From positions 96,001 through 160,000 of IMG/VR virus record IMGVR_UViG_3300042197_004429: 64,000 nucleotides of DNA; one strand, written 5' to 3'. Shown here piece by piece: positions 29,871 through 39,280 of the stretch. The notes beneath the pieces are model-generated. The model did not search any database, had not been told where the DNA came from, and saw only the letters and a program-made list of their open reading frames with translations. Position numbers and translations under genes: made by a program. The DNA comes from a virus. Position 1 is the stretch's first letter. Every line of letters starts with the position of its first letter.

Positions 29871-31376
29871 ATGTCTGAGTGGTTTAGTGCCCATAAGGAT
29901 GGATTGCGTCAAATTGCGGAACGTTTAGTTGAACGCCGTGGATTCGGCATTGTAGGAGGAGAACTCTATCAGAACGTGATGGACACTAACGCAACCTCTT
30001 GCGTTATCACTCTGAATAAACTCGCTGGTCGTCCACTGGCTGAGTTGAGCGTTGAAGATAATGATCCTAATGGCTTTCCTGATTTGGCCCACGCCTGGAC
30101 TGTTTTTGCTCCTTCCTTGAAAAAGAGTGATCCTACTAAGGCTGGAAGATTTAATGTTGGCGAGAAAATGGTTCTTGCTTTTTGCAAAGAAGCCAAAATT
30201 CACACAACCAAAGGTCTTGTAGAGTTTAATCAAGAAGGTAGAAAAGAATATACTCGCAGGAAGAGAGAAGTCGGAACTGAATTTTGGGCTTTGATTGAGT
30301 GTAATCAAGAGCGTTATGATCAATTTATTGATTACATGAGAAAAATTATTGTTAGGCCAGGATTGACTTTGACGGTTAATGGAGAAATAATTCAATCTCG
30401 TGTCCCGCTCACTAAATTTGTTGAAAAACTACCCACAGAAATCGCTGGCGAGGATGGCATTCTTAGAAAATCAATACGCCAGACAGAACTTCAAATTTAT
30501 GAAGCATTGCCGGGAGAAGAGCCGTACTTGTATGAAATGGGAATTCCGGTGGTGGAAACCGGAGACAAGTGGCACTATAATGTTTTGCAAAAAGTTCCTT
30601 TGAATGTTGATAGGGATAACGTCACTCCTTCTTACCTAAGAAACTTGCGTGTTGTTGTTTTCAACAATATGCATGAAAAAATTGAAGAAAATGACGTTAC
30701 TTCTTCTTGGGTCAACGAAGCAGCAGATGATAAAAATTGCCTACCGGATGCTGTAGAAACTTTTCGTGTAAAGAGATACGGCGAGAAATCAGTTGCTTTT
30801 GATCCAACCAACCAAGAAGCAAATGCCGAGGCTGTGGCTCATGGCTATACTTTAATACCACCTAGGGGATTAAGTTCCGGTCAAAGAAAAAATCTTTACT
30901 CAGCAGGAACCCTGGTTTCTAGTAGTGATGCTTTTCCCTTGGCTGGCAAGGGTGCGTATAGCGATGATCCAAATGCAACGCCTGTTGAGGTCATCGAAAA
31001 AGATAAATGGACAGACGGAATGTGTTTGATCCACGAATATACAACAGAAGTTGCAAAAAGATTGCTGGGCAAGAAAGTAGATGTGAGATTCGTTAATTGT
31101 TCACGATACGCTTACAAGCCCTGGAGTGCGTGTTTTGCCAGAGGGCATTTGTTGTCAACTAGTTATTTTGATTACAACATTCACGCTCTAGGCAAAAAAT
31201 GGTTTTCAACAGGAGTTAATGAAAGCGTTGATGATTTAATTTTACACGAACTTGCTCATGAGTTTGAGTCTAATCACTTATCGGAAGATTATTATAAGGC
31301 TTGTACAAAACTAGGTGCCAGACTAAAGGCAGAGGTTTTGAGAGATTTTGATTGGTTTTTGAAGTTTGTTAAATAA
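29871..31376 (+). CDS. GHKL (Hsp90/MORC-like) ATPase fused to a C-terminal HExxH zincin-like domain
   Basis: ELYQNVMD, VEDND..GF, GRFNVGEK; LILHELAHE near the C-terminus. Confidence 0.75.
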   Translation: MSEWFSAHKDGLRQIAERLVERRGFGIVGGELYQNVMDTNATSCVITLNKLAGRPLAELSVEDNDPNGFPDLAHAWTVFAPSLKKSDPTKAGRFNVGEKMVLAFCKEAKIHTTKGLVEFNQEGRKEYTRRKREVGTEFWALIECNQERYDQFIDYMRKIIVRPGLTLTVNGEIIQSRVPLTKFVEKLPTEIAGEDGILRKSIRQTELQIYEALPGEEPYLYEMGIPVVETGDKWHYNVLQKVPLNVDRDNVTPSYLRNLRVVVFNNMHEKIEENDVTSSWVNEAADDKNCLPDAVETFRVKRYGEKSVAFDPTNQEANAEAVAHGYTLIPPRGLSSGQRKNLYSAGTLVSSSDAFPLAGKGAYSDDPNATPVEVIEKDKWTDGMCLIHEYTTEVAKRLLGKKVDVRFVNCSRYAYKPWSACFARGHLLSTSYFDYNIHALGKKWFSTGVNESVDDLILHELAHEFESNHLSEDYYKACTKLGARLKAEVLRDFDWFLKFVK

Positions 31377-31405
31377 TTCTTTTTCATTTTTCAAAGAAAG
31401 AAAAC

Positions 31406-32263
31406 ATGAATACTTTTGAGCATTATGCGCCCACAAAGTTATCTAAAGAAGAAAAAACTGAAATTGAAAACAAAATGAAAGAGGCTTTCTTTTGCTTCGA
31501 ATCTGTAGCGAAAGAAAAGTATGGGTTTCCGAATGTTAAAAAACTTAGAAATGATTACAAAAAAGGTTTGATCGATCTTTGTGGCGAAGCGAAAGAACTT
31601 ATGGAGTGGATGATTGCCAACGAACAAAGAATCATTGCTGGCTATATCAAAATGGTCAAGAAAATGGGTTTAACTCCAAGTTATCGAAGCAAAAGAAGAG
31701 GAGTTTCTTATAGCGACTATCTCCAAGAAGCCTGTTGTGCAATTTATGATGCGATGTATTTGTATAACGGAAAAAGTAAGTTCTCCACATATTGCTTTTG
31801 GTTAATCAAGAACAATATCATTAATTACAACAGATCCCAAGAAAGACAGGATGTTGTAGAGTATCATATTGATGAGATCAAACAACAGGTGTTCGATCTT
31901 CAAAGTCAAGGAATTACTGTTGAGAAGGCTGTTTCAAAATTATCCTCAACAGACGAATCTGTGTTTGGAACAATTCAGAAAGTTCAGTCCTCGCTTTTGG
32001 GCGAGTCAAGGTCTTTTCAAGATGGCGATGAAAGACTCTTGATGTGGAAGGCCATAGAAGAAACTCAACTTAGCGATCTTGAAAGAAATTTGGTGGACAA
32101 TTGCATCAATGGTAATCGTGGTCACATAGCCAGAATGGCGGAAACTGTTATAAATCCAAACACGGGAAAGTTATACACAAAACAAAGGCTCTCCCAAATT
32201 TTTATTCGTGCTTGTGAAAAAATTCGCAAAACCTATCGTAACAAGCAACGAGCCGCTGCCTAG
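31406..32263 (+). CDS. Sigma70-family-like RNA polymerase sigma factor
   Basis: Region 2-like SDYLQEA..AI..A...Y...KFSTYCFWLIK; region 4-like YTKQRLSQI..RA.EKIR. Confidence 0.75.
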   Translation: MNTFEHYAPTKLSKEEKTEIENKMKEAFFCFESVAKEKYGFPNVKKLRNDYKKGLIDLCGEAKELMEWMIANEQRIIAGYIKMVKKMGLTPSYRSKRRGVSYSDYLQEACCAIYDAMYLYNGKSKFSTYCFWLIKNNIINYNRSQERQDVVEYHIDEIKQQVFDLQSQGITVEKAVSKLSSTDESVFGTIQKVQSSLLGESRSFQDGDERLLMWKAIEETQLSDLERNLVDNCINGNRGHIARMAETVINPNTGKLYTKQRLSQIFIRACEKIRKTYRNKQRAAA

Positions 32264-32297
32264 TTTGATACCAACTAAAGAGACACAAGGAGTAAAA

Positions 32298-33500
32298 ATG
32301 AAGACGCAACAACAAAAAGCTTTTTTTGATTGGACGGAAGACCAGAGTTTGGCACAAAAAGGCATTCAGCCTCCCAAGCCAAATGCTGACCAGATTCGCA
32401 CAATGCTTGCTCAAAATAACTCTAAGTGTCCGTTAAACGACATAGTTGTAAGCCCAGCCAATGAAGGCAATATGAGGATTTTACGCAGATTTGCTTTCTC
32501 CTCATATTGTTATCACAACCACACCTGTAGGGGTTGTAATTTTGGAATCTATAGCCCCCCAGGTCAGGGTAAAACTTTTGTTGTGAAAAAGTTTGCTGAA
32601 ACAATTGGCATTCCTTTTGTTTTTGTGCAAAGCAGTTCGCTGGATAACAACTTTATGTTGTTTCAGCAAATCTCTGAAACTTTGGAAAAGTTCGGAACTC
32701 CTTTGGTTCAAGAACACCATAAGGATCGGGACTTTTATTTGCCACCATGCATTGTGTTTTTTGATGAAGCGCATGAACTAAAAGATTCTATGACAAAGGG
32801 ATCTTTATTGAATGCGATGGAGCCAAATGATGCGATGATGGTTGTGAGAACTCCTGGCAAAAATGGTTCAACTTTTCGTGTTGATTGCTGGGAGGTTTGT
32901 TGGATCGCAGCCACCACGGAGCGTGGCGATCTTTTTGATGCTTTTGAAAGCCGTCTCAGCACTGCTATCGAATGGCATCCTGCCGAGGGTGACGAATTGG
33001 TTCAAATTGTAAAGCACGGTTTGACCAACAAAGTTAAAACCGGAGAATTACCTTACGCTCCACCCGACGATATTTGTGCATTGATTGCAAAATATCAAAA
33101 GGTTCCTCGTTTGGCAATTCATGGCTTTGGTACAAAGGTTGTTCAACACAAGATGTATATGCCAAGTTGTTCTTGGCGTGAGTGTTGCGATGTTGTGGCG
33201 AACGATATTGGCATGAACAACTTTGGTTTGACCAAAAAGCAAATGGTTATTCTGTCTGCTCTTGGGCAGCGACCAATTGCCGAAAATCGTCTTGCTGACA
33301 TTGCTCGTTGCAGGTTGGCTCAAATTAAAAAGTACGAACTGCCAGCATTGATGCAATACTCGGCAGGCGGTCCTTTTGTAATCAGTGTTTCTGGTAAGGG
33401 TCTTTGTATCACCAATGCCGGAATATCGTTACTCGATAAAATGAATATAGAACACAAGGGTTCAAAAGTTACCGCAGAGTTTTTTGAATCTCGGCGTTGA
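32298..33500 (+). CDS. RuvB-like AAA+ ATPase
   Basis: SPPGQGKT, FFDEAH, IAATTERG..FESR, VPRLA, GLTKKQ..IL. Start refined to 32298. Confidence 0.7.
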   Translation: MKTQQQKAFFDWTEDQSLAQKGIQPPKPNADQIRTMLAQNNSKCPLNDIVVSPANEGNMRILRRFAFSSYCYHNHTCRGCNFGIYSPPGQGKTFVVKKFAETIGIPFVFVQSSSLDNNFMLFQQISETLEKFGTPLVQEHHKDRDFYLPPCIVFFDEAHELKDSMTKGSLLNAMEPNDAMMVVRTPGKNGSTFRVDCWEVCWIAATTERGDLFDAFESRLSTAIEWHPAEGDELVQIVKHGLTNKVKTGELPYAPPDDICALIAKYQKVPRLAIHGFGTKVVQHKMYMPSCSWRECCDVVANDIGMNNFGLTKKQMVILSALGQRPIAENRLADIARCRLAQIKKYELPALMQYSAGGPFVISVSGKGLCITNAGISLLDKMNIEHKGSKVTAEFFESRR

Positions 33501-33575
33501 AAACAATGTTGTTAAAGATTTTCAATTCGATTAGAATGATGACTTCACTCAAACCCCAACAAGTGGAGTTATCAC

Positions 33576-34202
33576 ATGGAATCTTTAAAAAGCGAAGTTA
33601 AGACGTATTACGAAGGTGGAAGAGGCAAAAAACAATGTTCAAAGTGCTACAAATATGTTGCCGCAGTAACAAAAATTTGTGCTTGCGGATCTGAATTTGC
33701 AGCAAAGACAAATTTTAAGGCCGAAATTTCCACCTTCTCAACCGGGGGAAGAGGCAAAAAAGAGTGTCCCGATTGTAGAAAGTTTGTTGGTGCAATAGTT
33801 CCAAAATGTGTTTGTGGTTTTGATTTTAAGCAAGCAAAAATTTCTAAAAAGGATGCGTTATCTCAATCAATTAGATCAGCACTACAAGCAGCAAACTTAC
33901 AATCTCAAGAAAAACTTACATTTAGCCCTGAGTTTGCTTCTTTAATGGTCGGCTGTAAATCAACAATAATTGCACCAGCAGGAAGTTGTCCTCATAAACT
34001 CGATAGCACAGAACCTGAGAAGATAGACGAATGGATTAGCAAGGTGCGATTGTCGTTTAAAAACAAGCAACAATTTCTAACAATCTCCGGAGTAATTTAT
34101 TTCATTCATCAATTTTTTAATATGTTTAGTCCAGAATACAAGACTGTCAGAGAGTACGTGGAAAAAAGTTTGGGTTCAGAAAGAAGTTTAGGTCTTAGTT
34201 AA
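33576..34202 (+). CDS. Protein with two tandem zinc-ribbon repeats
   Basis: GGRGKKQCSKC..V....KICACG and GGRGKKECPDC..V....KCVCG. Confidence 0.7.
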   Translation: MESLKSEVKTYYEGGRGKKQCSKCYKYVAAVTKICACGSEFAAKTNFKAEISTFSTGGRGKKECPDCRKFVGAIVPKCVCGFDFKQAKISKKDALSQSIRSALQAANLQSQEKLTFSPEFASLMVGCKSTIIAPAGSCPHKLDSTEPEKIDEWISKVRLSFKNKQQFLTISGVIYFIHQFFNMFSPEYKTVREYVEKSLGSERSLGLS

Positions 34203-34229
34203 TACCAACTAGTGCGTCGGAGAATAAAA

Positions 34230-34637
34230 ATGAACACACCAGAAAAACAGCCGATTGTTTTGTCGATGATTTCACAGGGGACACCGGAGTATCCTCGTTT
34301 CTACATAGCCGATCAATATCTTCGTTATTGGACGGGGGATGGTTGGACCGAGCAAAAAGATGATAAAAACGCATTGATGTATGCCGATTCAAACAAAGCA
34401 CTCGTTGATATGAATCGGTTGCTGGTGCTTCAACATGAAAACAAAGTTGTTAAAAGATATAAAGCGCCTATTTACATAGAAGTTTTTTCTGATCAGGAAA
34501 TTCCTTTGCGTGATTTAAAGATGTGGCTTTTTAAAGCAACAAAACTACTGATTGACTCACCAAAAAATGGGAATGGTCCAGTTGCCGGTTCTCTTGGTAC
34601 TTGTAGAATTGAATACTCCGAAATGGAAAGTTACTAA
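34230..34637 (+). CDS. Hypothetical protein
   Basis: SD GGAG before ATG 34230. Confidence 0.65.
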   Translation: MNTPEKQPIVLSMISQGTPEYPRFYIADQYLRYWTGDGWTEQKDDKNALMYADSNKALVDMNRLLVLQHENKVVKRYKAPIYIEVFSDQEIPLRDLKMWLFKATKLLIDSPKNGNGPVAGSLGTCRIEYSEMESY

Positions 34638-34639
34638 AA

Positions 34640-35329
34640 ATGTTTCTTGAATTAGTTACCAAAATCTGCATCGTTGTCTCTGCGGTTTCGATGGTCAAGG
34701 TTAAAGTATCAAGCCCTGAGTTTGCTACTAATTTTGCCATCGTTATGTTGGTTTTGAGTTTTTTAAGAGATTGGTACATTCGACGCAACGAAATTTTTCG
34801 TATGTTGCCTACTTTTGGTTTTTGGTGGGTTACTACATATTTGATATTGTTGCCTTTGATGCCAATTTCAAAAACTCTTACGGGGCAATATTTTTTTAAC
34901 GCTTGGGAAACAGTGTTTGCAACGTCGGTGTATGCTTTTGCATTTAGAGCATTTTTGATTGCTAACGAAGGTGCCTCCCGTGCAATTATGACGCTGCTTG
35001 GTTTTGATAACAAAAGATTAGACAGGGCTCAAAGAATCATGGAACAGAGGTTTTATGGCAATGCCATGAATAGGGGCAATAGTTGTGTAGTTAACGGTTC
35101 TTGTAGTGTTGATAATTTTACCCAACCAGAACAAGGCTATTACAAATATGAATCGTCTCAAAATCAAGGCGATTGTCCTAGGTGCGGTGCGGTGGAGGTA
35201 AATTCTTTTGAGCCATGTTGGAATTGCGGTCTTGCAAAGCAACAAGTTGCCACAAGAAGATTCAAGTGCAAATCTTGTAAGCCAAAGAATATAGATTTTA
35301 ATTACACAAATGTTCAACCAAAAAGATGA
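34640..35329 (+). CDS. Membrane protein with C-terminal zinc ribbons
   Basis: About four hydrophobic segments, then CPRC..CWNC..CKSC. Confidence 0.65.
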   Translation: MFLELVTKICIVVSAVSMVKVKVSSPEFATNFAIVMLVLSFLRDWYIRRNEIFRMLPTFGFWWVTTYLILLPLMPISKTLTGQYFFNAWETVFATSVYAFAFRAFLIANEGASRAIMTLLGFDNKRLDRAQRIMEQRFYGNAMNRGNSCVVNGSCSVDNFTQPEQGYYKYESSQNQGDCPRCGAVEVNSFEPCWNCGLAKQQVATRRFKCKSCKPKNIDFNYTNVQPKR

Positions 35330-36461
35330 CGCCCTGTGTGTTCAAAAGTATTTGCTGTCAGGCAAAACTTGCGATGATTTGAGTAATGAATTTTATATAA
35401 AAACTAATTTTCACTCAGATCTTCCGTTGGTTATTTTGAATTATGATCAAATTAATTCACCTAAAAAAAATCCTATTGTCCGAGAGTGTAGAGGTCTTGT
35501 TTTAAATTGTAGTGATTGGTCTTTGGTTGCTCGTTCTTTTCCCAGATTTTTTAATTGGGGAGAAGTTCCTGAAGAGATGGATTTCTTCGACTTTAATGAT
35601 TTTGTTGTTCAATCAAAAGAAGATGGATCTTTAGTAATCATTTATTTTTTTAACAATGAGTGGCACGTAAACACCAAAGGTTCTTTTGCGACAGATTTGA
35701 TGCAAAATCAATCTTTCACTTGGAGACAGGCTGTTTGCAAGGGCTTGGGAATAAATGATTTAAAAGATCTAAATTCTATATTAGATCCTAAATTAACCTA
35801 CATCTGTGAATTTGTTAGTCCTTGGAATAAAGTTGTAAGATATTACAAAAAACCACAAGTCTATCTTCTGACTGTTTTTGAAAAACATGAAGAACTAACA
35901 TTAGAAAATGTAGATGTTTCTAATGTTAAAATTTTTCAAAACCTTGATCTTTATCAATTTAAAAGCATTCAACAAATTCAAAAATTTTTAGAAGAAAAAT
36001 CTGTAGAAGACAAAACTTTTGAAGGTTTTGTGATTTGTGACAAAAACAAAAACAGATGGAAGATTAAAAATCCAAGTTATCTTTCTTTGCACAAAATCAA
36101 AGGTGAAGGAGATAATTTATTTCATCCCAAACATTTACTTCCATTTGTTCTTAAAAACGAAGCAGATGAATTGTTTACTTATTTCGAAGAAGTAAAAGAT
36201 CAATATTTTTCAATTAAAAATCAAGTAGACAATTTCTATGCCAAAACTTTAAAAGTTTGGCAAGAAAATAAGGATACAGAATCTCAAAAAGAATTTGCAT
36301 TATCAATTCAACAAGAAGATTTTAAATCAGTTCTATTTGATGTTCGAAAGAAACACGGACAGAATCAGACGGAAAAGAATTTAAGAGAAGAATTTTTAGC
36401 CAACCCGGATCTGATTCTAAAAAAATTGAAGCAAAAGCAGCCTGTTTTTCAAGATTCTTAA
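35310..36461 (+). CDS. T4 Rnl1-like RNA ligase
   Basis: ECRGLVL, RSFPRFFN, KEDGS (motif I), ICEFVSP.N, FEGFV, KIKNP.Y. Confidence 0.85.
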   Translation: MFNQKDDALCVQKYLLSGKTCDDLSNEFYIKTNFHSDLPLVILNYDQINSPKKNPIVRECRGLVLNCSDWSLVARSFPRFFNWGEVPEEMDFFDFNDFVVQSKEDGSLVIIYFFNNEWHVNTKGSFATDLMQNQSFTWRQAVCKGLGINDLKDLNSILDPKLTYICEFVSPWNKVVRYYKKPQVYLLTVFEKHEELTLENVDVSNVKIFQNLDLYQFKSIQQIQKFLEEKSVEDKTFEGFVICDKNKNRWKIKNPSYLSLHKIKGEGDNLFHPKHLLPFVLKNEADELFTYFEEVKDQYFSIKNQVDNFYAKTLKVWQENKDTESQKEFALSIQQEDFKSVLFDVRKKHGQNQTEKNLREEFLANPDLILKKLKQKQPVFQDS

Positions 36462-36676
36462 AATTTTTTGGTTTAAAAATTTTAGATTTTTTTGCTTAAA
36501 CCATTGATTTCAAGCCATTTAAAGCGTTTTGTTAACGATAAAAAAAAATTTCGGTATTGCTATTGACGGCTTCTTTAAAAATTTTCTTGACTTTTAGTTT
36601 TTCTCTGCAAAGATTGATTTGAGGGCGAGGTTGCCCCGAGTTTTTACTTTTTAAGAATGGAATCGAGGAATAACCG

Positions 36677-36886
36677 ATGCTTGTTTTAACCAGAAAAGAA
36701 GGCGAACAGATACGGATTGGCAACAGTGTCACCATCACTTTAGTGTGCATTAATGGCGACAGAGCAAGGATTGGAATCGACGCTCCAGAAAACATTCCAA
36801 TTGACAGGGCGGAAATTGCGATAGCAAAGATTAATGGCGTGGCTCCGAAAAAGTTTAAGAAACTTAATCAAAACCAAAGATGGTAA
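36677..36886 (+). CDS. csrA: Carbon storage regulator CsrA/RsmA (second copy)
   Basis: MLVLTRKEGEQIRIG...I.G.RARIGIDAPENIPIDRAE. Confidence 0.9.
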   Translation: MLVLTRKEGEQIRIGNSVTITLVCINGDRARIGIDAPENIPIDRAEIAIAKINGVAPKKFKKLNQNQRW

Positions 36887-36907
36887 TTCTGAACAGGAGA
36901 AGCAGCA

Positions 36908-37471
36908 ATGTCTCGTAAGGCAAGTGAATTCACTCAAGCAATTCGAAAGATTTGTGAAGAACATAACTTCAACATCACCTACGCTGATGCTCGTCCCATT
37001 TTATCTAAAATGGGATTCAAATTAGCAAAAGAACCAGAAGACAAGTCTGATAACTACAAATTGTTTGAAGATAAGAGAAAAGGTTCTTTTCCAAAAAAGG
37101 AAGAAGAAGTTGTTGAATACTACAAGAAGTTTGCAAAAACATTAGGATTATCAAACTTGGAGTTGGATTCATTGATGAAAGAAGATGCAGTTCATCGTGC
37201 CTTTTGTAATGAAAGAAATATCTTTGATGTTACAAAGCACAATTGGTATCGAACTGTGAACAAGACGAGCATTTCGAGTGTTGTTGTGAAAAAGAAACAT
37301 CAAACTTTAAAGAGCAAAGAAGCTTTAGAAATAATGAAACTTCTCTTAGAGTCTGGTGGGTCTGATGCGATCAAAGCCAAGATCAAGTCTTTGAATGTGG
37401 AAATAGATCGTTTATCAGCCATTTTGAAAAAAGCCGTAAAGGTTCGCAAGTTATTCCCTGACGCTGCTTGA
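36908..37471 (+). CDS. Hypothetical protein
   Basis: 187 aa ORF with a coiled-coil-like C-terminus. Confidence 0.65.
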   Translation: MSRKASEFTQAIRKICEEHNFNITYADARPILSKMGFKLAKEPEDKSDNYKLFEDKRKGSFPKKEEEVVEYYKKFAKTLGLSNLELDSLMKEDAVHRAFCNERNIFDVTKHNWYRTVNKTSISSVVVKKKHQTLKSKEALEIMKLLLESGGSDAIKAKIKSLNVEIDRLSAILKKAVKVRKLFPDAA

Positions 37472-37498
37472 TTTTCAAAATCTTCTTTGTAGAATAAC

Positions 37499-37537
37499 AT
37501 CTTGGGTGCGTGATCTTTATGGTCACGCACCCAAGAT
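37499..37537. terminator. Strong hairpin, probable terminator
   Basis: atcttgggtgcgtga...tcacgcacccaagat, a 15-bp perfect stem; no clear T-run. Confidence 0.6.
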
Positions 37538-37586
37538 TATAATTGATACTATCTAGCAGGACGCACCCCCATCTAAAAGGAAGTTT

Positions 37587-38777
37587 ATGAAATACCCAGT
37601 TAGTTTGTCACGCACAATTTCTAAGCGCATTCGACCAGAAAAGATTCAAGCCCAAGTGGATTTTTTGATCCAAAGAGCCATGAACGGCAGTCGTGGTAGG
37701 TGTTGGACTTTTGAGTGCGAAAATGTTAACGGCCCAGAGTCCACTCCCGCTGGTTGGAGATATTCTTGTGATGTGATTTTTGAAAAAACCAGCGGTAAAG
37801 GAATTGGTGGAGAAATCGAATTTAAGCAGTGGCAAGACATTAAAGCCATGTTGGCCCAAACAGGTAAAAATTCAAAATTCCAAGATAGCCCTTGGACGAT
37901 CACCGACAACAACGAAACAGATGCAGAACCAGACGTTGAAGAAAACAATGGTTCGGTTGAAGGTGTGAGTACTGTTGCTGCCTGTGTTTCGGACAAAGTT
38001 TTAGATTGGCAAGATCTGAAATTTCCCGAAGAGTTGCTGGAAGGAGACGAAGCACTGGCTGGTCATCCGGCTTTTTGTGACTTGTATGATCTTGGTCCTC
38101 AAATCAGAACTGTGCTTTCTGCTATCAAGCGTGCGGTTGATACAAATGGTGCCAGCAGATACCACTCTGTTTTGTATGGTGAGCCTGGGTGTGGAAAGAC
38201 TAGCACTCTTCGTGCCGTGGAAAAACTTTTTGGTCCCGGCTCGGTGTTGCATTTGGATGCAACAACTACAACCAAGGCTGGCATTGAAAAATTGTTTTTT
38301 AATGAGTTGAAGCAATACCCGAGACTTGTTTTTCTTGAAGAGGCAGAAAAGGCGCCTGAAGATGGTCTTAAAATTTGGTTGGGTGCTTTGGATGATCGTG
38401 GAGAACTTCGCAAGGTAAACTTTCGTCAAACACAGGTGCGTGAAATACAAATATTGTTTTTCTGCACCGCCAACAACAAGCGTGCTTTTGACAATATGAT
38501 GGGAACCGGTAGCGGCGAACCCGGCGCATTGTCTAGTCGCTGTGTAAATGAAATTCAATTTCCCCGACCTGCCGAAAGTACGCTTCGAAAGATTTTAGAA
38601 AAAGAAATTGATCTTAAAGGTGGAAATAAAAAGTGGGTAACTCCTTGTTTGGATATTGCTCGTGAATTGAAAGTTGCAGATCCAAGAAAAGTTAAAGCGT
38701 TCCTTACTGGTGGCGATAGACTTTTAGATGGATCTTTTCAAGAAGATCAAAGGTCGATTCGCAAAGTCAATGGTTGA
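37587..38777 (+). CDS. AAA+ ATPase, distantly RuvB-like
   Basis: YGEPGCGKT, VFLEEAEK, FFCTANN, ALSSRC. Confidence 0.75.
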   Translation: MKYPVSLSRTISKRIRPEKIQAQVDFLIQRAMNGSRGRCWTFECENVNGPESTPAGWRYSCDVIFEKTSGKGIGGEIEFKQWQDIKAMLAQTGKNSKFQDSPWTITDNNETDAEPDVEENNGSVEGVSTVAACVSDKVLDWQDLKFPEELLEGDEALAGHPAFCDLYDLGPQIRTVLSAIKRAVDTNGASRYHSVLYGEPGCGKTSTLRAVEKLFGPGSVLHLDATTTTKAGIEKLFFNELKQYPRLVFLEEAEKAPEDGLKIWLGALDDRGELRKVNFRQTQVREIQILFFCTANNKRAFDNMMGTGSGEPGALSSRCVNEIQFPRPAESTLRKILEKEIDLKGGNKKWVTPCLDIARELKVADPRKVKAFLTGGDRLLDGSFQEDQRSIRKVNG

Positions 38778-39273
38778 TATTAAAAAAATAATTTATTTGA
38801 AAAAAAATCTTGATCTAAAAGATTTGGACTCAAATAATATTGTTTTTATTCCAAATTTTTTGAGCGATAGTGGAATATTTGTTCCTACGTTTCAATCAGA
38901 AGAAGCAAAAAAACATTATTTAGATTGGTATAAAAAAGGTTTTTGGAAACAAGATAATGTTTGGTTTTGCAAAAATTTTGTTCTTGGTCAAACTCAATTT
39001 TTAAAATGTAATCATAATGGATTTGATTTTTTTGTTGCTAACATGCTTTGCAAGAAAGGATTGGGCGGAGTTAGATCTCTTAGGTATAATTCTTTTTCTC
39101 GCTGCATGGATTTGTTGGTTTCTTTTTGTGTTAAAAATAATTTCAATTTGTTAAAAGTAGAAGTTAAAATTAATAGTGGTAGTTTTGAACAAGAAGTTAA
39201 TTGGCAGTTTATCGAAAATCTATTGTTTGATTGTTTAATTGAAAAAGGTTTACAAGTAAAAGTTTATTTTTGA
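38770..39273 (+). CDS. Divergent macrodomain-like protein
   Basis: Order HYLDWY..LG.TQF..VANML..G..LRY...C..W..IE.L....L...V.VY resembles phage Poa1-like macrodomains; Gly loops degenerate. Confidence 0.45.
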   Translation: MVDIKKIIYLKKNLDLKDLDSNNIVFIPNFLSDSGIFVPTFQSEEAKKHYLDWYKKGFWKQDNVWFCKNFVLGQTQFLKCNHNGFDFFVANMLCKKGLGGVRSLRYNSFSRCMDLLVSFCVKNNFNLLKVEVKINSGSFEQEVNWQFIENLLFDCLIEKGLQVKVYF

Positions 39274-39280
39274 GGACAAA

